A DNA stretch of 64,000 nt, taken from the IMG/VR virus record IMGVR_UViG_3300032226_000829, one strand, 5' to 3'. Below the pieces are notes generated by a model, which saw only the letters and a program-made list of their open reading frames with translations, did not search any database and was not told where the DNA came from. Positions 27,455 to 35,166 of this stretch are shown piece by piece. The number at the start of each line of letters is the position of its first letter. Position 1 is the first letter of the stretch. A program made the translations under genes and the position numbers. Source of the DNA: a virus (Duplodnaviria > Caudoviricetes).

Positions 27455-28448
27455 GTTTGGCCTTGGGTATTTTTGAATCTGCTGAACTCACACAAGTGGG
27501 AGTCACACAAACTCTTGGTTTATCAAACAATTTAAATCCTTGTTCTATGCTGCCCAGTGGTTCATCATGACAACTGTAACTGCGTTTGACTTCTCCGCCT
27601 GGTTCTCTGATGATACAACTTTGATATCCAGCATTACAGTGCCATCCTTTAAACTTGTTGAAGCCAAAAGCATTGAATCGCTCTGCTTGATCCATGTAAT
27701 ACTTGTTGCCTTGAGCATCCTGCATCTCAATTTGAAACAAGTCTTTGTAGTTTTCACCTTCCTGTATGCGTTGTGGGAACCCTGTTTGTAAAATGTTCAG
27801 TTGATCTCGAGTATAACCTTCAATAATAAAACTTGCTGTGGGATCACTCTGTGGTTTTAGTGTGACATTGATGCCTCTGGAATTAAATCTTGCGCATCTG
27901 TCATAGTATTCTGTGAATCTATCAGGCACCATCACTTGATTGATTGTGACAAACACATTGTGCTTCATTAACAGCAATATTTTATCTCCAAATTTTTGTT
28001 CATCAGCAAATTCAGCATGAAAACTTGCAGTGATGCTGCGACGGTTCAATGTTTTTGTGGCTTCCAACCATCGCTCCCACCATTTTTCTGAAGGACTTAG
28101 GTTGGTGGTCATGTGAATACTCTGATATTCAGGAGCAGTATCAGCACTGTAGTGCTGTACCAATTGTAAAAAATCTTTGTAGGCAGTGGGTTCTCCACCT
28201 GAAAAACTAAAATGATAGTCAGTGAATCCATTCAACCTGGCCTGGCGTTTGATTTCATCCACCACTTGTGTGTAAACTGACAGTGGTCTGTGATCTTTCT
28301 GTTTGCTTTTGGCATAAGGCCAGCAGTAAGAACAATCATAGTTGCAAAAACGAGCCAAGATCCAACTCACAGAAAACAATTTGCTGTTCAACATGGTGCG
28401 TTGACCAAAGTTTATGATTTTATCAAATGGAATGTTAGAATCTATCAT
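27447..28448 (-). CDS. radical SAM enzyme with a C-terminal Cys cluster
   Basis: CNYDCSYC, FSGGEPT, TTNLS, WHCNAG...YSC...C-x4-CVSSAD; start at 28448 by ATGA overlap (ORF track 28502). Confidence 0.88.
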   Translation of the reverse strand: MIDSNIPFDKIINFGQRTMLNSKLFSVSWILARFCNYDCSYCWPYAKSKQKDHRPLSVYTQVVDEIKRQARLNGFTDYHFSFSGGEPTAYKDFLQLVQHYSADTAPEYQSIHMTTNLSPSEKWWERWLEATKTLNRRSITASFHAEFADEQKFGDKILLLMKHNVFVTINQVMVPDRFTEYYDRCARFNSRGINVTLKPQSDPTASFIIEGYTRDQLNILQTGFPQRIQEGENYKDLFQIEMQDAQGNKYYMDQAERFNAFGFNKFKGWHCNAGYQSCIIREPGGEVKRSYSCHDEPLGSIEQGFKLFDKPRVCVTPTCVSSADSKIPKAKHV

Positions 28449-29152
28449 AGTATTTCTTTCTCCATGTGTGGAAATTGTCCCACAAACGCCAATCGCAACC
28501 ATTCAAAATTATTGATCATTCTTAAAGCATCTGAATTACTTCTGTTGTCTGTGCCATACACTCTGCCTGCCAGTGCTCCAGCAATGGCATATTCTCCATA
28601 TGGTTGATCTGCACCTACTGTGCACCAAATCAATAATCTTTTTTCAGTTTCTTTGTCTTCTTGACGATCGATCACTTTGCTGCTGAGTTTGACACACTCT
28701 CTGAAAGCACTTTTCCATGTGTTGAATGGATCTGTGTTGAAATCTGTGCTGTTGGATACTTCATGCATGGCTCTAAATCTATTGGATATGCTGGTGGTCA
28801 TGTCTATTCTGTTGGGATCCATATGCATGGTTAATTTTTTAGGCAATAATTTTACTCCACCGTAACCATATTCCAGTTCATTGATAGGATTTCGACTTCT
28901 CCACACATGCACAGCATCCATATCTTTATCAGGCACTTCATAGTCAAACATAAAGTTGTGTTCAATCACTGCATCACCATCCACCACCCAAAACATTTTA
29001 GTCAAACTCTGAGTGGCAGCTTTGATATGTGCCTGTTGAATGCCTTTTACTCCGTGAACTCTTTGCGCCAATGGAAATCTTTGTTTCAATAGAGCATAAT
29101 TTTGATCTGCATTGGGTTCATTGTAACTGATAAAAAATATATCGTGCATCAT
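28445..29152 (-). CDS. GT-A-like glycosyltransferase, copy 1
   Basis: DIFFISYNEP, VVDGD (DxD), YGYGGVKL, AFRECVK. Confidence 0.65.
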   Translation of the reverse strand: MMHDIFFISYNEPNADQNYALLKQRFPLAQRVHGVKGIQQAHIKAATQSLTKMFWVVDGDAVIEHNFMFDYEVPDKDMDAVHVWRSRNPINELEYGYGGVKLLPKKLTMHMDPNRIDMTTSISNRFRAMHEVSNSTDFNTDPFNTWKSAFRECVKLSSKVIDRQEDKETEKRLLIWCTVGADQPYGEYAIAGALAGRVYGTDNRSNSDALRMINNFEWLRLAFVGQFPHMEKEIL

Positions 29153-30057
29153 ACAGTCTTTCTTATGGTTCTGGGTGAATTAATATATACCTTTTTAAAA
29201 AATTCACTGCTTTCTGCATCGTAGGGTTCCGTAGGAAACTCCATTTGGAATCGTTCTTTGATAGTTTTACCCAGAGAGATACATTTTTGTTTGGCATCTT
29301 GTGCATTCATGCTGTTGCTGTTGCTGGTGCTGATCCATAATTGTTCTAAAACTTTAAAATCTCTCACTTGTTTGAAATCCCATTGGGTGCAAAGTGTTCT
29401 GTAACAGCCTTCTCTGGCTCCTGCAATGGCCCAAATGCCATGTTCCACATCCTGACCCACAGTCATCCAGATCAATAATCTGTGATAATTCTGCCACCAC
29501 AGTTGATCCAACGACTGTATTTTAAAATTTTTATACAAACTCATCTTAACACCTTCTCTAAATCCAGCTCTCCATGCTTGTTTGGGTGTGCTGTTGATGT
29601 AACTGGTGGAATAGTTTTCATTGAATTGAAACAGTTTATCAAAATAACAAAATTCTATCTCATTATTATCCTTACCAGAAAAATTTTCATGTGTTTTCAT
29701 CTCATTCACAAAAGTTTTGGTCCATAATTTTAAACTGCCATTGCCATACTTTAATCCATTCACGTTGGTATGTCCACACCAGCTGAAAATATATGTGTGG
29801 TCCATGCCCATGCTGTTTAGATCCAGTTGAATATTGAGAAATTTAGGATCTAGTTGTGTGTCTCCGTCCACAGTTAAAAAATATTCTGTGTCAGACACAG
29901 CAGCACAGGCTTTGTGTGCAGCATCTGATCCTTCCACGCCGTGAACTCTTTTGGCCCAAGGTATTTTTCTTTTTAAATCTGCATAATTTCTATCAGCATT
30001 GGGCTCATCAAAGCTCAAAAATACCACATCGCAATCTTTAATAGCAATCTTATGCAT
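29149..30057 (-). CDS. GT-A-like glycosyltransferase, copy 2
   Basis: DVVFLSFDEP, TVDGD, YGNGSLKL, GFREGVK; ATG 30057 preferred over the ORF-track start 30120. Confidence 0.65.
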   Translation of the reverse strand: MHKIAIKDCDVVFLSFDEPNADRNYADLKRKIPWAKRVHGVEGSDAAHKACAAVSDTEYFLTVDGDTQLDPKFLNIQLDLNSMGMDHTYIFSWCGHTNVNGLKYGNGSLKLWTKTFVNEMKTHENFSGKDNNEIEFCYFDKLFQFNENYSTSYINSTPKQAWRAGFREGVKMSLYKNFKIQSLDQLWWQNYHRLLIWMTVGQDVEHGIWAIAGAREGCYRTLCTQWDFKQVRDFKVLEQLWISTSNSNSMNAQDAKQKCISLGKTIKERFQMEFPTEPYDAESSEFFKKVYINSPRTIRKTV

Positions 30058-30628
30058 GAATCCTTTCAATAGAATAATCAAAAGTTTTTCTACAGTAAAT
30101 GTCCATGTTTGTCTCGGCATTCACATTGATCTGCACACTATCTTGAGTGAGCAGTTCATAAAGATTCAAATCTAATATTTTAATCAGTTGTGTGGCATCG
30201 TTGGATTTGCAACAATAAAACTTGTGGTTACGATGATTTTCTTTGGAAACTATGGTTTCTAAAGTTTTTTTAAATGTTTTGTCTGCTGTGAATTCAACTT
30301 TGTTTTGATTCAAATGTAATTTTATTTGTATGCCACTGTGATTTTTAATTTTATTGGGAATTTTATAAACGTTGTGATTAATTGTTTCAGTTTTTTTAGA
30401 ATGAATCACATTTTCCACTGAGTTTAATACTCCATCTTTTTGAATTTGATATTGACCATTGAGATATATCACTTTGTACTTGTGTATGGACTCTGTACCC
30501 ATAATAAATTTTTCACCCAAAGCAGTGTCTATGGCTAGACTGTTGTTGTTTTGGCTGCCTGAACAACCTAAGATTTTTCCTGATTCTGGGTCAAATGTTA
30601 CGTACATATGGTTATTGGGTTGATTCAT
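30050..30628 (-). CDS. hypothetical protein in the glycosyltransferase operon
   Basis: ORF track 30050..30661; ATG 30628 minimises overlap. Confidence 0.7.
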   Translation of the reverse strand: MNQPNNHMYVTFDPESGKILGCSGSQNNNSLAIDTALGEKFIMGTESIHKYKVIYLNGQYQIQKDGVLNSVENVIHSKKTETINHNVYKIPNKIKNHSGIQIKLHLNQNKVEFTADKTFKKTLETIVSKENHRNHKFYCCKSNDATQLIKILDLNLYELLTQDSVQINVNAETNMDIYCRKTFDYSIERIHA

Positions 30629-31460
30629 AATATTTTTTTTTAATGATTGCAAACAGTTCATCAGTTAAGAATTCATTTTCCACATAATGCAACACTCCTC
30701 GTTGACGAAAATTATCAATTTTTATATAACCTTCCATGTCATGATACACATTTACTTTTTTCATCCAGTGATCCGGCACTGTTTTCCAGTCTTGCAGATA
30801 AGGTTTCATATGAGTGAACGTGATGTAAGGTGTTCGGCTGGTAATTTTTTCAGTGATACCTAATAATTTACTGGCCAGTGCCACACTCACATCCATACTG
30901 CACCATTTTTGAGTGTGTTTGGGAGTGAATCTATTATAGAACAATGTGTAATTTCTCACTATGTCTCGTAAAAGTTCTACAAACTGATCATTTTCTTTGC
31001 ATCTTTGATAGTAATGCACACCACAATAAAGGTTGGGCAGACTATTGCTTGTGAAAGTTTTGCGATAGTGATCATTGTGATTGAATTCATCTCTATAATT
31101 TTTAACTGCACTGGTAAAATACATTTTATAATTTTTTAAAAACTTCCACCAATGACTGATATCACTCAACACCAACATGTCTGCATCCAATATTATTGAA
31201 TGTTTGAAAGGAGTGGCTGTGTAAATTTTATATCTGTTCTGTATTTTCCAATCCTGATCCACTGCTTCATCCATGCCAGGAATATCCACCACGTGATCAA
31301 ACACTGCAGACACAGTTTTTGTGATGTTAACATTTGTGATCAAACACACTTTGCTGTGAGGCATGTGCGTTTTGATACTCATGGCCAATGCATGTGCCTG
31401 TCTCACATAATCCACTTGCTCATTTTGCTGTACAAACACACAGAACCCTTGTTCTATCAT
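30612..31460 (-). CDS. GT8-like glycosyltransferase / nucleotide-diphospho-sugar transferase
   Basis: DYVRQAHALAMSI, TPF-x2-SIILDADM (DxD), TFTHMK. Confidence 0.7.
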   Translation of the reverse strand: MIEQGFCVFVQQNEQVDYVRQAHALAMSIKTHMPHSKVCLITNVNITKTVSAVFDHVVDIPGMDEAVDQDWKIQNRYKIYTATPFKHSIILDADMLVLSDISHWWKFLKNYKMYFTSAVKNYRDEFNHNDHYRKTFTSNSLPNLYCGVHYYQRCKENDQFVELLRDIVRNYTLFYNRFTPKHTQKWCSMDVSVALASKLLGITEKITSRTPYITFTHMKPYLQDWKTVPDHWMKKVNVYHDMEGYIKIDNFRQRGVLHYVENEFLTDELFAIIKKKYYESTQ

Positions 31461-32308
31461 TTGGAAAACTCCTCGTCAATAATGTGGTCCAGACTGCATT
31501 TGTTCATCACGTGCAGATTGATATGTTTGGCCAAAGTTTTTGTGTATCCTTGTGTGTTGTACAATGAAACAGTCCAGCAGTCCTGATCAAAATTGTCTGC
31601 TTTGTCTCTGTCAGTGATGTAATACAACGAATCTGGCAAGCATTGTGGCCAAGCACCTTTACAATATCCATTCAATATGTGTATGGCCATGCTGAAAGCA
31701 AAATCATTTCTAAAATTTGGTTCATGTATCTGCCATGTGAATCTGTAAAAGTCCCAATGATTTTTAATGTGTCCAATTAAATCAAACAACTGTTTGACTC
31801 TGGGAGTTTTTTTAAAATAAAACACTGTGGCCCAATACATCTCCATGCCTGTTTCACTGATGTATTTGATTTTCCATTCAGGTTGATTAAAATAATTGAT
31901 GTAAATGGATTTTTGATGTATTAAAAAATCTTCTTTGCTGTGAAAACATCGGAGTAAATTATCATTGCCCACTATATAATCAGTGTCCATCACAATAGTT
32001 TCGTCATATGGAGTGAGTTCATAAGCAGTGGATCTTAAATGATTTTTCCATACATCTTTGATCTTGTGTTCCATGCCATTGTAAAAATCTCGAGTCTGAA
32101 GAGTTTGATGCTCACTGATATCTATCACTTGGTCAAACACTGTGGCTTGCTTTTTATATTTGTTATTTAAGTGTGCTTGATTAGAAGTGATCAGAGTCAC
32201 TGGCAGACGCAGATGTTTTTTGATCTGCACAGCAGCAAAAATAGCCTGCTTCACATAATCAACTGTTTCATTATTGTGAGCAAACATCACAATGCCTTGA
32301 GATTTCAT
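31457..32308 (-). CDS. GT8-like glycosyltransferase, paralog of 30612..31460
   Basis: DYVKQAIFAAVQI, TPYDETIVMDTDY (DxD), FRNDFAFS, LHVMNK. Confidence 0.7.
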   Translation of the reverse strand: MKSQGIVMFAHNNETVDYVKQAIFAAVQIKKHLRLPVTLITSNQAHLNNKYKKQATVFDQVIDISEHQTLQTRDFYNGMEHKIKDVWKNHLRSTAYELTPYDETIVMDTDYIVGNDNLLRCFHSKEDFLIHQKSIYINYFNQPEWKIKYISETGMEMYWATVFYFKKTPRVKQLFDLIGHIKNHWDFYRFTWQIHEPNFRNDFAFSMAIHILNGYCKGAWPQCLPDSLYYITDRDKADNFDQDCWTVSLYNTQGYTKTLAKHINLHVMNKCSLDHIIDEEFSK

Positions 32309-32311
32309 GGC

Positions 32312-32644
32312 TTAAATGTGTCCTTTGTTTTTTATCAGTGTTTGATATTCTGTGTGATATTGATTGAGATTGGTTTGATATGTGTGCCAAGCATTGTCAT
32401 TGAATTCTATTAGATCACTTATCAATACTGGTGTTTGATAGTCATCCAACAGCACCACATCTTTGGTTCTGTGTAGGTCTATGTATGACTTGCACAAACT
32501 TAACAAATCGCCTTTGATTGTGAACTGATGTCCTTGATAAAACAAAATATTGCTGTCAACAAATTTGTCTTTTAATAATTGCAGCTGATTATTAAAATTT
32601 TCCATTTGATTGGCTGTACTGATTCTATCTTCCATGTCTATCAT
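32312..32644 (-). CDS. hypothetical protein heading the glycosyltransferase/radical SAM operon
   Basis: ORF track; AGGAG SD at 32656-32660. Confidence 0.75.
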   Translation of the reverse strand: MIDMEDRISTANQMENFNNQLQLLKDKFVDSNILFYQGHQFTIKGDLLSLCKSYIDLHRTKDVVLLDDYQTPVLISDLIEFNDNAWHTYQTNLNQYHTEYQTLIKNKGHI

Positions 32645-32667
32645 AATTTATGGTTCTCCTAGTTAAA

Positions 32668-32696
32668 ATTATATAAGATTTTCAGCCAAAAGTCAA
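32668..32696 (-). promoter_or_regulatory. sigma70-type promoter TTGACT-N17-TATAAT
   Basis: Reverse strand: -35 at 32691-32696, 17-nt spacer, -10 at 32668-32673; a TAAATA core lies further upstream at 32707-32712. Confidence 0.78.
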
Positions 32697-32745
32697 CTGC
32701 TGTTGATATTTAGATTGATTAGGTTTTGGTGATTGGTGAAATGGT

Positions 32746-33642
32746 TTAGGCAGTCACAGTGCCGCTCATGGCACCAAAAGTAGGTTCTGCGATGGTGATA
32801 GGATCGCTCAAAGCTCCGTTGGCTATGCGTCTGTTCACGTTGATGCTGAGATTGGCAGGCACATCTTCGTCTATGTTGCCTGCAGCAGCATCATTCAGTG
32901 TGATCTGAAACTCTATCACTAAGCTGGAAATGTCTGTGAATCGCACTTGAATGTCGAAATTGTTGGAACTGTAGGTGCCTGCAGAACTGGTGGTATACAC
33001 AGTTTGGAATGTGGTGGTCAGTGTGGAGTAGGCCACAGATGAAGACAGTGTGCCACCTGATCCTGATCTGCTGGAAGCAATATTAGCAAAAGTCAATGTG
33101 CCCATGTTGGTGTTGAATAAAGAATTCCAATCAACAGCTTTGGCACCTGCGCCGGAAATAATCATGTCAATCTGTACTGCTCCACCTGAGTTGAAAAAAT
33201 GTCTGGCAGCAGTGGCAGTGGCAAATGTCACTGTGAAATTGCCCACGCGAGTGGCATTCCAAGTGGTGGTTCTCACATAACTGGAAGCTGTGTTGCCTGT
33301 GGTCAATCTGCTGGCGCTGATGGTGTTTCTATTGGTGTTGATGTTGGTGGCCAATGTTTCAAAAGTTGCATATGAATTGTTTAGTGTGTTATCAGTCACT
33401 GTGTCTGCAGTGCTCACTGTTGTGAGTGTGGGATATGAATTGTTCTGATGCAGATAGGCTTTGCGAATGTCCAATCTCAAAGTGTTCATGTGATCATCTT
33501 CAATCAATTGATTTTGTGCCACTTGCGAACTCTGCAATGTTTGCCCATAGCCTGAATCACCTGATCCTGTGCTCAGTACATTGGACACTGTGGATTGAAT
33601 CACATTGTATCTTGCTGCTGTAATTGGATCACCTATTGCCAT
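32746..33642 (-). CDS. Thr/Ser-rich virion structural protein
   Basis: MAIGDPITAARYN, GYGQTL; TAAATA 8 nt upstream; located in the tail module. Confidence 0.65.
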   Translation of the reverse strand: MAIGDPITAARYNVIQSTVSNVLSTGSGDSGYGQTLQSSQVAQNQLIEDDHMNTLRLDIRKAYLHQNNSYPTLTTVSTADTVTDNTLNNSYATFETLATNINTNRNTISASRLTTGNTASSYVRTTTWNATRVGNFTVTFATATAARHFFNSGGAVQIDMIISGAGAKAVDWNSLFNTNMGTLTFANIASSRSGSGGTLSSSVAYSTLTTTFQTVYTTSSAGTYSSNNFDIQVRFTDISSLVIEFQITLNDAAAGNIDEDVPANLSINVNRRIANGALSDPITIAEPTFGAMSGTVTA

Positions 33643-33702
33643 ATTAAAAGTATTTAGTTGGGTAATGTTGTCCCAGGATTATTTTAGATTGCATAATGGA
33701 TA

Positions 33703-35139
33703 TTATTTTATGAAACACTCAACCAAAGTGTTGGTTGTTCTTGCGTCTGCTTCCAAAGCCACAGCAAAATAATCACCTTCTGTGACCACAGCACCAATAC
33801 CTGCTGTGCTGCTGGTACCAATTTTGTCGCCTTTGGCCACTGCACCTTTGACCAAAACAGGCACTCTGCCTTTGATAGCCACTGCTGTGCCGCTCTGTAA
33901 TTCTGCGTTCATTAAAAATGCTGGAGCACCGCTGACCACACCTGCCACAATGGAATTTATGGTAGCTGCTGTGATTTCTTTTGCGCCGCCGATAGCCATC
34001 ACTGTGCCTACGGGATATTCAGCATCTGCCAAATATTTTTCTGCCAAATCCGCATATCTTGCTGATGTGGCCACACCATTGAAAATGTTTGCTGCTAAAT
34101 TGCCGCTGGCATCTCTCAGTGCTACTGAATTGGTCATTGCAGTTGTGCTGCCTGGATAATTGGTCACACCTGATCTTACATTGTTGGAAGTTTCTGCTAT
34201 GCCATAAATGTTATCCGCATAAATGTTGGCAAATCTGTTGGCATTGGTTCCTATGTCATAGGTACTGTCTATTCTAGGTTCAAAACCTGTAGCCGTCACG
34301 CTCACTGTGTGAGTATTGCTGGCTCCCATTTTAATAACAGAACCCACTTCATTGATTATTCTTCCTTCATTGCCGTTGATTATGCTCACTCTTAAATCAT
34401 TGCCTGCGCCCACTGTGAATCCAGTGTCATCAAAATTGGTATTACCACCCACTTGTAAAAAGTTGGCAGCAGGAATTCCACCTAGTTTCAATGAGTTGGC
34501 CGCTGTGCCCCAGAATCTATGATCGGATGATGTCACACCACCAGCGGCATTCAGTGTGTTCACCATGGTGATACCTTTTTTTACTCTATCAAATCCTGTG
34601 ATCAAATTTAATGGATCCACTGTGCCTATGGTAAATTCTTCATTGCTCACAATAAAAATTACTTCATCATCCACCACTGCTTCAATGATGGTCTGATTCA
34701 CGTTGAAACTGTCTTTGACTATTTTGCTGCGTAATTGAGTTACTGTGTTGCCCACACCTTGTGGTCCAACCAATACAAATCCTGTGCCGTTGTAGGCGTA
34801 CAATTGATCATTGCCAGTGTCCCACCAAAAATCACCTGTGGTCAAACCAGCAGGTTGAGTGGTGCCTATCTCTGCACCTCCAGTGGTTCTGAATTTTACA
34901 CCGTCATAAAATTTTAATTTGTTGGCAGCTGAATCGAACCATATCTGCCCGCTTAAAGGTCTAGAAGGAGCATTGGCACTGGCAAAGTTTTCCAGCAAAT
35001 GCACAAAGTTTTCGTTTTGAATTTCTCCGTAGCCAGCATAGTTTTTACCCACTAATTTTAAATTTGTGGTCTGGTCTACTGTGCCGTCTTCCACTGTGGC
35101 TAGTGTGGCTCCTGCGTATCTGTCTATTTGATATGGCAT
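33703..35139 (-). CDS. tail fibre protein with a C-terminal intramolecular-chaperone (peptidase G2-like) domain
   Basis: Shared N-terminal LENFA...GQIWFD anchor; YADLAEKY...GRVPV C-terminus. Confidence 0.72.
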   Translation of the reverse strand: MPYQIDRYAGATLATVEDGTVDQTTNLKLVGKNYAGYGEIQNENFVHLLENFASANAPSRPLSGQIWFDSAANKLKFYDGVKFRTTGGAEIGTTQPAGLTTGDFWWDTGNDQLYAYNGTGFVLVGPQGVGNTVTQLRSKIVKDSFNVNQTIIEAVVDDEVIFIVSNEEFTIGTVDPLNLITGFDRVKKGITMVNTLNAAGGVTSSDHRFWGTAANSLKLGGIPAANFLQVGGNTNFDDTGFTVGAGNDLRVSIINGNEGRIINEVGSVIKMGASNTHTVSVTATGFEPRIDSTYDIGTNANRFANIYADNIYGIAETSNNVRSGVTNYPGSTTAMTNSVALRDASGNLAANIFNGVATSARYADLAEKYLADAEYPVGTVMAIGGAKEITAATINSIVAGVVSGAPAFLMNAELQSGTAVAIKGRVPVLVKGAVAKGDKIGTSSTAGIGAVVTEGDYFAVALEADARTTNTLVECFIK

Positions 35140-35166
35140 ATTTTTTTCCTTTTACAAGTTTATTTA

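Noticed and set aside
7385-32644. RiPP cluster (radical SAM/SPASM plus precursor peptide)
   Set aside because: Genes overlap or abut. The only gaps (9774-9812, 18797-18858, 32645-32745) hold promoter motifs and no credible precursor ORF, and no RRE, protease or transporter is seen. A precursor outside the window cannot be excluded.
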